Shown here piece after piece: positions 36,643 through 45,242 of a stretch of DNA of 47,270 nt. Below the pieces are notes generated by a model that was not told the DNA's origin, ran no database searches, and saw nothing but the letters and a program-made list of their open reading frames with translations. The stretch comes from an uncultured Anaerolineaceae bacterium (GTDB lineage: Bacteria > Chloroflexota > Anaerolineae > Anaerolineales > E44-bin32): NCBI GenBank assembly GCA_964570595.1, contig CAZMZL010000003.1, positions 1 through 47,270 of the forward strand. The letters are read 5' to 3'. The first letter of the stretch is position 1. Every line of letters begins with the position of its first letter. The position numbers were made by a program, and so were the translations under genes.

Positions 36643-36813
36643 ATGAGACTTAACGCACCGAAAAAGATTACCTGGTATGTGGCAATTCTTGTGGGTGTAG
36701 GCGGGATCATTGTCAAGCTTGTAGGTGGCCCTGTTCTCGGACCTTATTCTTTCTGGATCGTGGTCGTCGGCTGGTTTATTCTCGTCCTGGCGACCTATCT
36801 TCCGGGCTTTTAG
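36643..36813 (+). CDS. Small (56 aa) two-TM membrane protein, not in the supplied ORF track
   Basis: ATG 36643 is preceded by AGGAGA with 6-nt spacing. The product MRLNAPKKITWYVAILVGVGGIIVKLVGGPVLGPYSFWIVVVGWFILVLATYLPGF has two clear hydrophobic helices. TAG stop at 36811-36813. Confidence 0.5.
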   Translation: MRLNAPKKITWYVAILVGVGGIIVKLVGGPVLGPYSFWIVVVGWFILVLATYLPGF

Positions 36814-37135
36814 GCCTCATTTGGGCACAGTTGGCGCGCTTGGGATCTGGTCCCATGCACGTTAGACCTTGTGCCCTTATGTACCCTTGAGAACATCGCT
36901 CGTCGTCATCCCACTTAAGCCGTAATGAGGGTTGCATAAAAACGGGTCAGAACTCGATTCGCGAATCGCATCACATCGATACGTTGGTCAGAATCGCGGA
37001 CAATCCTTGTCTCCCCCTTCGAGCGTCGATCGATCATTATCGGAGGGCGTTGATTTCTGCGGCTTATGCGGGTGATTAAGATTGAAGTATTCAATCAGGT
37101 CTGATATGTCTTTTCGTTGACCCGTGGAGGGATCT

Positions 37136-37990
37136 ATGGAGAAGCGTCGCCTTGGCCGAACAGATCACGATAGCACGGTGGCCATATTGGGAGCAGCCGC
37201 ATTTTCAAAGGTCGATCAGGCGTGTGCAGACCAGGCCATGGAATTCATCGTTACACGTGGCGTTAACCATATCGATGTCGCACCGTCTTATGGAGATGCA
37301 GAACTTCGTCTGGGAAAATGGCTCGAGCGTGATCGAGAGCGCTTTTTCCTGGGGTGTAAGACGATGGAGCGGAAAAAAAGCGGCGCCGCGGCCGAATTAA
37401 AACGATCTCTAGAACGACTGCGGGTGGATCGTTTTGACCTTTATCAAATCCATGCGATTACCAGCATGGAGGAACTCGATCGCGTCATGCAGGCTGGAGG
37501 CGCGTTAGAGGCGCTCATTGAAGCCAGAGATCAGGGTCTGACAAAGTTCATTGGTATCACGGGGCACGGGGTTGATTCGCCGACAATATTCATTGAAGCG
37601 CTCGAACGATTTGATTTCGACACCGTGTTGTTCCCCCTCAATGCTGTTCAATGCGGGTCTCCAGCCTTCCGATCTGCGTCGGAGGACTTGCTTTCGATCT
37701 GTAAGTCTAAAAACGTGGGCACGATGATCATTAAGTCGATAACCTGCGGTCCCTGGGGTGAGAAAGTGAAGACGTTCAATACCTGGTATGAGCCCTTCAC
37801 CGAGATGGATGATATTCAGGCGCATGTGAATTTCGTGCTCTCTCATGAAATCACTGGAATATGTACGTCGGGTGATGTTCGATTGCTGCCGCTTGTTCTA
37901 AGAGCATGTGAGAATTACACAGCCACATCACCTGGCGATCAAGAGGAGTTGATCGAATCATCGAAAGGTTTTGAACCCTTGTTTACATAG
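37136..37990 (+). CDS. Aldo/keto reductase
   Basis: MEKRRLGRT......LG....F, INHIDVAPSYGDAE and DLYQIH are AKR-type segments. GGAGGGA SD before ATG 37136. Confidence 0.8.
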   Translation: MEKRRLGRTDHDSTVAILGAAAFSKVDQACADQAMEFIVTRGVNHIDVAPSYGDAELRLGKWLERDRERFFLGCKTMERKKSGAAAELKRSLERLRVDRFDLYQIHAITSMEELDRVMQAGGALEALIEARDQGLTKFIGITGHGVDSPTIFIEALERFDFDTVLFPLNAVQCGSPAFRSASEDLLSICKSKNVGTMIIKSITCGPWGEKVKTFNTWYEPFTEMDDIQAHVNFVLSHEITGICTSGDVRLLPLVLRACENYTATSPGDQEELIESSKGFEPLFT

Positions 37991-38072
37991 GATTACGGGG
38001 ATGACGTGGAACGAGCACAGGATGGAGAACAACATCGATCGGGGTAAACGGCAGTATGGATGGAGCGTACAG

Positions 38073-38777
38073 ATGAGTGAAAATAAAGTTGCGATTATCA
38101 CGGCTGGGGGCAAGGGCATGGGAGCCGCCATTGCCCGAGAGCTGGCGACGGATGGTTATCAGTTGGCTTTGATGTCCAATGCTGGCGGTGCAGAGTCCCT
38201 TGCCACCGATCTCGACGGTTTTGGCATGACGGGCTCTGTGACGAATGTCGACGATCTGGAAACCCTTATCTCTCGAACCATGGATGCCTTTGGCCGGGTC
38301 GATGCCGTGATTAACAACACCGGGCATCCTCCGAAGGGTCCGCTGCTTGAAATCACGGATGAAGATTGGCACAAGGGCCTCGATCTGGTGCTGCTGAACG
38401 TCATCCGCATGGCCCGCCTCGTGACCCCCATCCTGTCCGCGCAGGGGAAGGGGGCGATTGTGAACATATCGACCTTCGCTGCATTCGAACCCGAGGCCGC
38501 GTTCCCGGTCTCTTCCAGCCTCCGGGCGGGCCTGGCAGGATTTACGAAGATGTATGCCGACGCGTATGCCCGCGATGGGATCAGGATGAACAACATTCTG
38601 CCTGGCTTTATTGATAGCTATCCGGATTCTGAGGAGAACAAAGCTCGAATTCCCATGGGGCGCTACGGGAGTGTAGACGAAATCGCAAAAACCGTGAAAT
38701 TTCTTATTTCAGACGACGCGGGTTACATCACCGGTCAGAATATCCGCGTGGACGGCGCGATCACCCGTTCTGTCTAA
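38073..38777 (+). CDS. SDR family oxidoreductase
   Basis: KVAIITAGGKGMGAAIAREL, NNTG, a Ser...Y/K-region with AGFTKMYA, and the tail PMGRYGSVDEIAKTVKFLISDDAGYITGQNIRVDGA. ATG 38073 has GGAG upstream; the tracked start at 37971 overlaps the AKR gene. Confidence 0.85.
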   Translation: MSENKVAIITAGGKGMGAAIARELATDGYQLALMSNAGGAESLATDLDGFGMTGSVTNVDDLETLISRTMDAFGRVDAVINNTGHPPKGPLLEITDEDWHKGLDLVLLNVIRMARLVTPILSAQGKGAIVNISTFAAFEPEAAFPVSSSLRAGLAGFTKMYADAYARDGIRMNNILPGFIDSYPDSEENKARIPMGRYGSVDEIAKTVKFLISDDAGYITGQNIRVDGAITRSV

Positions 38778-38797
38778 CCGATTCATCAGGATGAGAG

Positions 38798-39982
38798 ATG
38801 CCCACAACTGAAGGACATTTCGATGTCATCATGGTCGGAGGCGGCGTGATGGGGTGCGCCATTGCCCATTATCTTCTCAAGACTGACCCCGGTCTAAGAG
38901 TAGCCATCGTCGAAATGGATCCCACCTACGAAAAATCATCTACCGCCCTGTCGGACGGGAACACTCGGGTTCAATTCAACATCCGGGAAAACATTCAAAT
39001 GTCCATCTACGGTCTCGAAGTGATGGAGAATTTTGCCGAGGTGATGGCCGTGGGTGAACAGAAGCCCGAGATCGCCTTTCGGCAGCAGGGCAATCTCTTC
39101 CTGGTGGATGAAAACTGCCTCGCTGAAGCCCGAGAAGGACTCGAGTTGCAGCAATCGCTGGGCTGTCAGGTGGAATGGCTGAGTCTCGAGGAAATTGGCC
39201 TGCGTTATCCGCTCATCGACCCGGCGAACTGTGTGGGTGGAACATTCGGACCTCTGGACGGCATCTTAGATCCCTATGCCGTGCTAATGGCATACAAGGA
39301 CAAGGCCATGTCGATGGGTGCGCAGTTCGTCAACGCCGAAGTCGTTGAACTATTGTCTAATAACAGGTGTGTCACGGGGGTAAGACTCTCCTCCGGGACC
39401 AAGCTTCTTGCCGGGACGGTTGTTAATAGCGCGGGCGCCTGGGCGAGAAAATTGGCCAGGACGGCCGGGATCGATTTGCCGGTCTCCCCGGTGATGCGCC
39501 AGGTATTCGTCGTGGAAACCGAATATCATTGTGACGATCTGCTCCCGGCGTTTTTCTCTCCGTCAGGGTTGTACTGGATCCACGAAGGTCATAATCACTT
39601 CATGGTGGGGAAATCGTTGTCTGAAGATCCCACAGGATTTGAATTCACATGGAGCCGCCGCAGGTTTACTGATATCCTCTGGCCAGAGCTCCTTGAATTC
39701 GTGCCATCCTTTGATCGACTGAAGGTGCTGCGAGGCTGGGCCGGGTTGTATGCCGTGAACACGCTCGATGGCAACGCCATCCTCGGCGAATGGCCGGATC
39801 TGCGCGGATATTTCCTGGCGAATGGATTTTCGGGGCATGGGTTTCAGCAGTGTCACGCCGTGGGACGCTATATCGCAGAACTAATCCTGGACAAGGCCCC
39901 AAGCCTTGACCTCTCGATTTTTTCACCGCAGCGCATCCTCACGAACGAACCGGTTCTTGAGAGCACAAGAAAACTCATTTGA
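38798..39982 (+). CDS. FAD-dependent oxidoreductase (DAO family; sarcosine/D-amino-acid oxidase-like)
   Basis: DVIMVGGGVMGCAIAHYL dinucleotide fold. C-terminal GFSGHGFQ is typical of the DAO family. Confidence 0.85.
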   Translation: MPTTEGHFDVIMVGGGVMGCAIAHYLLKTDPGLRVAIVEMDPTYEKSSTALSDGNTRVQFNIRENIQMSIYGLEVMENFAEVMAVGEQKPEIAFRQQGNLFLVDENCLAEAREGLELQQSLGCQVEWLSLEEIGLRYPLIDPANCVGGTFGPLDGILDPYAVLMAYKDKAMSMGAQFVNAEVVELLSNNRCVTGVRLSSGTKLLAGTVVNSAGAWARKLARTAGIDLPVSPVMRQVFVVETEYHCDDLLPAFFSPSGLYWIHEGHNHFMVGKSLSEDPTGFEFTWSRRRFTDILWPELLEFVPSFDRLKVLRGWAGLYAVNTLDGNAILGEWPDLRGYFLANGFSGHGFQQCHAVGRYIAELILDKAPSLDLSIFSPQRILTNEPVLESTRKLI

Positions 39983-40005
39983 ACGATGCGGAAGGTAAAT
40001 AGAGC

Positions 40006-40440
40006 ATGAAGTGGCGGAATTTTCCTTTCCCTGAGACGTATATCGCGCCCTTACTGCTGGGGGTCGTAATTGACTTCATATTCCCCCAGATTCTGATCGC
40101 GAACAGCATTGTCCCATTCGTGCTCGGCACTCCCCTCATGCTTGCTGGGCTTCTGATTATTTATGGCGCAGTTCGAGCGGTCGGGTCCCAGGAAGTGGAT
40201 GGACCGACGACGCTCATCACATCCGGTCCCTATGCCTGGAGTCGAAACCCGATGTACGTCGGATGGGCCTTCATCTACATCGGTGCGACATGCGTCATCA
40301 ACAGCCTTTGGCTTCTCATACTGTTTCCGGTCGCTTTGGTCCTGACCCACTTCGTCGTGCTGCGGGAAGAGAAGGCGCTGCGGGATCTGTTCGATGATGG
40401 TTACAGCGAATACTGCCATCATGTAAGGCGATACATCTGA
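40006..40440 (+). CDS. Isoprenylcysteine carboxyl methyltransferase (ICMT) / phospholipid methyltransferase family membrane protein
   Basis: Four TM segments and the signature LITSGPYAWSRNPMYVGWAFIYIG....E...L...FG..Y..Y. Confidence 0.8.
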   Translation: MKWRNFPFPETYIAPLLLGVVIDFIFPQILIANSIVPFVLGTPLMLAGLLIIYGAVRAVGSQEVDGPTTLITSGPYAWSRNPMYVGWAFIYIGATCVINSLWLLILFPVALVLTHFVVLREEKALRDLFDDGYSEYCHHVRRYI

Positions 40441-40580
40441 TGAACATCCGTGTTTGATCACCGCCCGTCTTGGATCAATCATCATCGTCGAAGCAGGTCA
40501 TCGGCGGGCCGAGGGTAAATTGTTGAATTAGCTATGGGTGAAAGACGATATGATCATGTGCGATCGAAGAGGAGACGGTG

Positions 40581-41102
40581 ATGACGCGTGGGGTACATGA
40601 GCGAGCCCTGTCTGGCGAGATTCTTATCGAGGCAAGGCTCGAGGAAGTGTGGGACGCATGGACGACGGAAGCGGGGGTGAAGTCCTTTTTTGCGCCCGAT
40701 TGTTCCATTGAGTTGAGGCCGGATGGTTTCTACGAAATCTTCTTCGATCCGGAGGCTCCTCCAGGGAAACGGGGAGGCGAGGGTTTACGCGTGTTGGCGC
40801 TGCAGCCGATGAAGATGTTTTCCTTTACCTGGAATGCGCCCCCCGGCTTGCCTTCCGTTCGAAGCCAGCGCACGCATGTGACCCTCAGGTTTTTCCAGGA
40901 GGGCGAGGGCCGTACACGGGTGATCCTTCACCACGATGGTTGGGGATCGGGAGGGGAATGGGATCAAGCTTTTGAATATTTCGATCATGCCTGGAATAAA
41001 ATTGTTTTACCCAGATTGAAATACCGGTTCCATCATGGACCAGTGAACTGGCAGGATCCACCTGATCTTGAAATGCTCACGAAGGAGGCAGGAGGCGAGT
41101 GA
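40581..41102 (+). CDS. SRPBCC superfamily protein (AHSA1/activator-of-Hsp90-ATPase-homologue-like)
   Basis: I.IEARLEEVWDAWTTEAGVKSFF..........G.YEIFF and F.W. are typical of the AHSA1 family. GAGGAGA SD before ATG 40581. Confidence 0.75.
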   Translation: MTRGVHERALSGEILIEARLEEVWDAWTTEAGVKSFFAPDCSIELRPDGFYEIFFDPEAPPGKRGGEGLRVLALQPMKMFSFTWNAPPGLPSVRSQRTHVTLRFFQEGEGRTRVILHHDGWGSGGEWDQAFEYFDHAWNKIVLPRLKYRFHHGPVNWQDPPDLEMLTKEAGGE

Positions 41103-41382
41103 GATCGCAAGCGAAAGAAGCAGGAATCCGTCTCTTTCCGGCCTTTACTATGCCGAAAGCGTGCTTCTCTCGATGACAGAGGAGCGAGAACTCCCCTCGG
41201 ACTTGATCCCCAAAACCCATCTGGAAACCCGCACAGGAATCTGGGCCGGTACGATCGATTTGAACCTGACGAATCTTGATCCTTGAGCTGAAAATCGCAA
41301 ATCATGCGATAGCTGCGCTTATGAGGAGAGCAGCATCGCACCCGGTTGCCTCGATTGCTTACAGCGGCAAGGTAAGTGCTCG

Positions 41383-42129
41383 CTACCCCTCCAGGCGCTG
41401 CTCGAGGAGCCACGTAAACAGTTCGGGGTCGTCGTAGGCTCGCTTCCAGGTATCGGCATGGTTTGCATGGGGAAAGAGCGTAAAGCGAATATTAGCCGAG
41501 CACAGGCGCAGTGCATCTACCAAGATCTGGGATTGCCAGGGGGCCACGGCTTCGTCCTCTCCGCCGTGAAATGCCCAGATGGGTAAATTCTTCAGAACAC
41601 CAATATCTTCGGGCACTTCATCGCTCGCAAATATGTAGCCCCCGGCGATAGGAGCAATTGCAGCGAACCGATCGGGGTGTTTCAAAGCGAGTCGCCAGGT
41701 GCCGAATCCACCCATGCTCAATCCCGTTAGATAGATTCTGCGTTCATTAACTGCATATGAGGTTATCACGGATTCGATGAGTGCTTCCAGTCGGTCAAAG
41801 ACAACGTGCCAACGGGTTTCCGAGGGACATTGCGGGGAGAGCACGATGAAGGGGAATTCTTCCTGGTCTTCAACGAGCTTCGGTGGGCCGTCTACTTTAA
41901 TGGTTTCGAGCGCTTCCGGGGTATCTCCACGCTGCGCTATTCCATGCAGGAAAATGAGCAGCGGCCATTTTGCATCGGGATCTCCTGAGTACTGACGAGG
42001 GATGAACAGCAGATAGTTTAATCCGCCGCCCTCACAGTCATGCATATAGGCATGCTGCCCCTTCTGTATGTTTTGGTGACCCTCTGATATCTGGGATCTT
42101 CGAGAGGAATGCCTACGTCTCATAATCAA
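41383..42129 (-). CDS. Alpha/beta hydrolase (phospholipase/carboxylesterase, PHB-depolymerase-like esterase family)
   Basis: PLLIFLHG oxyanion region, nucleophile elbow GLSMGG, and later HGGEDE..V and H..H. The start is uncertain (42129 or ATG 42045). Confidence 0.8.
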   Translation of the reverse strand: MIMRRRHSSRRSQISEGHQNIQKGQHAYMHDCEGGGLNYLLFIPRQYSGDPDAKWPLLIFLHGIAQRGDTPEALETIKVDGPPKLVEDQEEFPFIVLSPQCPSETRWHVVFDRLEALIESVITSYAVNERRIYLTGLSMGGFGTWRLALKHPDRFAAIAPIAGGYIFASDEVPEDIGVLKNLPIWAFHGGEDEAVAPWQSQILVDALRLCSANIRFTLFPHANHADTWKRAYDDPELFTWLLEQRLEG

Positions 42130-42338
42130 TCACAGGATCCCGCTTTCTGATTATCGATCGGTGTGAAGTACACGATGGTCCCGAGCAATCCCACAGGCGT
42201 CAGCAGGCCCGTCCAGGCGGGGGATGATGGATCGGCATCGAGTCCAATCAGACGAAATATACCGAAGATAATGCGTAAGCCACTCTGACCAAGCCTCTGT
42301 TTTTTCACAGAAGCCTGACTTTTTCTTCCCTTCCTCAT
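42126..42338 (-). CDS. Small hypothetical protein with a partial DUF1232/YkvA-like motif (possibly a truncated remnant)
   Basis: 70 aa with ATGA overlap to the downstream esterase ORF. FRLIGLDADPSSP...LLGTIVYFTPID resembles the RL..D.R.P....Y..SPID part of DUF1232. The usual LIPD.IP.IG.LDD continuation is only visible after a frame change (DPVIDYE). Confidence 0.3.
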   Translation of the reverse strand: MRKGRKSQASVKKQRLGQSGLRIIFGIFRLIGLDADPSSPAWTGLLTPVGLLGTIVYFTPIDNQKAGSCD

Positions 42339-42519
42339 TAATGGTCAACACCTAGCATGGTGCTGGTGTCGGCCTTCTTGTTTACCATCATACACGAATG
42401 TATCGTCGTTGGTTTGCTCCTCCGGGGTGGTGTTGAGCGGTGTTCAGACAAGACAGGTGATGCACATCGCTTCAATTGAAGATCGACCATGGCAATAGTT
42501 CCTGCAGGTTGTGATTTAA

Positions 42520-43635
42520 TTGGAGTCGGGAACCAAAGGTGGTATCGTAATCGTCATCCATGGTTTGGAGACTTGCGTGCGCGAATTAAAGAAGGAAATT
42601 GAGGCCTGGATAAGCAGCGGTCATGAGATCGCCCTGGCGACCGTTGTGAGAACATGGGGTTCCTCGCCGCGAGGAGTGGGGGCGAAGATGGTTGTGCGGG
42701 GGGATGGTGCGTTCGCCGGTTCGGTGAGCGGCGGTTGTGTGGAAGGTGCAGTGATTGAGGCCGGTTTGGATGTCTTGAAAACGGCGAAGCCCAGGCTGCT
42801 GCACTTTGGCGTCAGCGATGAGACGGCCTGGGAAGTTGGATTGGCTTGTGGGGGCGAAATCGATGTCTTTGTGCAAAAGCTTGAAATCGGTTCATTTACG
42901 CAAATAAGAGACGCTTTTTCGACGGGTTCATCCCTCGCCATCGTCACGGTGATCAACGGGACCGAATCTCTCGTTGGTGAACAGATTGTCCTGATGCATG
43001 ACGACGGGCCCAGGTCGTCAGACGCCATGCGCTTCGCAACCTCGACATCCGATGAAATCGAGCGTTTGTTTAACGGGGGAGTACCCTCCGTAATCCAGGG
43101 GACGACGTCGAATGACGATCCCGTGGAGCTGTACGTCGAAGTCATCGCGCCTGCTCCCACGCTCGTCATCATCGGCGGGGCGCATATATCGGTGGCCCTC
43201 ACGCAATTGGCCAAACACGTGGGTTATCGGACGGTGCTCATTGATCCTCGTCAGGCATTTGCGAAAGAGGAACGCTTTTCGGATCTCGATGCCCGCATCA
43301 CGACCTGGCCCCAGGATGCCCTCAAGGAACTTTCCCTCACGCCATCGACGGCCGTCGCTGTGCTCACACACGACCCCAAGATCGACGACCCCGCGCTGCT
43401 CATCGCGCTCCGGAGTGAGGCGTTCTACATTGGGGCGCTGGGCAGCAGGAAGACGCAAGCCGCCCGCAGAATGAGGCTGATCGAAGCAGGATTAAGCGAA
43501 AAGGAGGTCGATAGACTCCGGGGGCCTATCGGGCTGGCCATCGGCGCAAGTACGCCCGAGGAAATCGCGCTTGCGATCATGGCCGAGATCACAGCCGTAC
43601 GACGCGGGAGAGGGGGTGAAAGGATCACCATCTGA
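42520..43635 (+). CDS. XdhC/CoxI family molybdenum-hydroxylase accessory protein
   Basis: N-terminal ALATVVRTWGSSPRGVGAKMVVRGDGAFAGSVSGGCVE (XdhC_CoxI) and a C-terminal Rossmann LVIIGGAHISVAL...IGALGSRKT. The likely true start is GTG 42577 (GGAG 6 nt upstream) rather than TTG 42520. Confidence 0.85.
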   Translation: MESGTKGGIVIVIHGLETCVRELKKEIEAWISSGHEIALATVVRTWGSSPRGVGAKMVVRGDGAFAGSVSGGCVEGAVIEAGLDVLKTAKPRLLHFGVSDETAWEVGLACGGEIDVFVQKLEIGSFTQIRDAFSTGSSLAIVTVINGTESLVGEQIVLMHDDGPRSSDAMRFATSTSDEIERLFNGGVPSVIQGTTSNDDPVELYVEVIAPAPTLVIIGGAHISVALTQLAKHVGYRTVLIDPRQAFAKEERFSDLDARITTWPQDALKELSLTPSTAVAVLTHDPKIDDPALLIALRSEAFYIGALGSRKTQAARRMRLIEAGLSEKEVDRLRGPIGLAIGASTPEEIALAIMAEITAVRRGRGGERITI

Positions 43636-43707
43636 TCGGGACGAATACTCCGTTGCTCGGAGCGGTTCTCATTCCAGGATCGATGCCCTGGCTTAACCCT
43701 CGAATCT

Positions 43708-45039
43708 TTATCCTTTATATTCCCGAACCTGAGACATCCCCCGATTGACCATGGCGTGCGCGTGGGCTTCTGCCTCGGCCAGGATGCGTTCCTCATCGAG
43801 CGTCTTGAGCTCGCGGTTCTGCATCAGCCAGCGACCATCCACCATGACATCCGTGACGTCGCCGCCCTTGGCGGAATGCACCAGGTTGGCGACGAGGCTG
43901 TGGATCGGACGCATATGCGGTGCGTCGAGGTTGACGAGGATGAAGTCTGCAGGCGCCCCAATTTCAAGCACGCCCATATCCTCAAATCCGAGCGCGAGTG
44001 CGCTTGCTTTTGTGGCCATCCGCAAAGCCGTGTCCCCGGGGATCATCTCTGGATCCCGGCTCTGATATTTGTGGATAAGTGCGGTCTGTCAGATGGTGGC
44101 GAACATATCCATATCGGCATTCGATGCTGGGCCATCGGTTCCCAGACAGACGTTGACGCCGGCCTCGATCCGATCTCGTAACGACGGGAACGGCATAGCG
44201 AGTTTCATGTAGGTGATCGGGCAGTGCGGTACGTGGACGTTTTTCTCGACCAGGATGCGGGTATCCTCTTCGTCAATCGCCAGGCAATGAGCTGCGACGC
44301 AGCCACCCGGAACGTCGAATACACCCAGGCTGTCCACGTGCTGGACCGGTCGCAGTCCGTATCGTTCCAGCGATTGTCCTACCTGATTCTCGGACTCGGC
44401 AAGATGGAGATGGATGCCCTGACCAAGCTCATGCGCATAATCCACAACTTTCTCGATGAACTCCGGTGGACAGATATAGGGCGAGTGCGGGCCTAAATAC
44501 GCCCGGATACGTCCATCACAGGACTCGTGCGTCTCCTCGATCCAGGCGACGGTGCCCTCGAGGTTTCTCCCCATTTCACTCTCCTCGCCGATGCCAAACA
44601 CCGTCCAGGTCAGGGATGCCTTCATGCCGCTGTCGCGGACGACCTCCGCGACTCGATCCATGTAGAAATACTTATCGTTGAATGCCACGGTGCCGGATCG
44701 GATCATCTCGCAGGCCGCCAGCGCCGCGCCCCAGTACACATCGTCCGGATCTAAAGCGCTTTCACCCACCCAGATTTTCTCGTTCAACCAGCGGTCGAAA
44801 GGGAGATCTTCCGCCCAGCCTCGCTCGAAAGTCATGGGGCTGTGGCAGTGACTGTTGACCAGTCCGGGGAGGGCGGCTTTCCCGCTCCCGTCGACAGTTT
44901 CGTCCACTTCCAGATCAGGGGGAACGGCCCCAAGATGTGTGATGCGGCCATTTTGAATTACGATGTCTGAGTCTCGCAGGATTTTTCCTTCATCGTCGAG
45001 CGTGACAACCTGCAAGCTGTGAATTCGAATGGTCGTCAT
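43708..45039 (-). pseudogene. MtaD/SsnA-type amidohydrolase (5'-methylthioadenosine/S-adenosylhomocysteine or nucleobase deaminase-like) interrupted by one in-frame TGA
   Basis: ATG 45039 (AAGGTGAT SD). PGLVNSHCH metal motif, HLHLAE, HC.. and GTDGPASNADMDMF are present. TGA at 44089-44091 is followed in the same frame by QTALIHKYQSRDPEMIPGDTALRMAT...GAPADFILV...V.DVMVDGRWLM. The two tracked ORFs (44089-45189 and 43708-44046) are exactly in frame. Confidence 0.8.
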
Positions 45040-45242
45040 GGGATCACCTTTCAATACGTGTTTGATTTGCGGCTGCCCTATCCAGCTTTTCCTCATGTTT
45101 ACAAATTCGTCATGGCAGGAGTGATGGTCTATCATATCCCGGTGTGAAACATGACCGCAACTGATAGAAAAGATAACCAGAGCATCCATTGGAAGACACG
45201 CTCACGCTTCAGGTTGGGTGATGATCCATGTGGAGCTGAACC

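Noticed and set aside
44089-44091. The in-frame TGA of the amidohydrolase as selenocysteine or a genetic-code reassignment
   Set aside because: The position corresponds to a structural Arg rather than a redox-active Cys/Sec site. Other genes in the window terminate at TGA. The only nearby hairpin is imperfect and starts about 27 nt downstream, so a nonsense mutation or sequencing error is more parsimonious.
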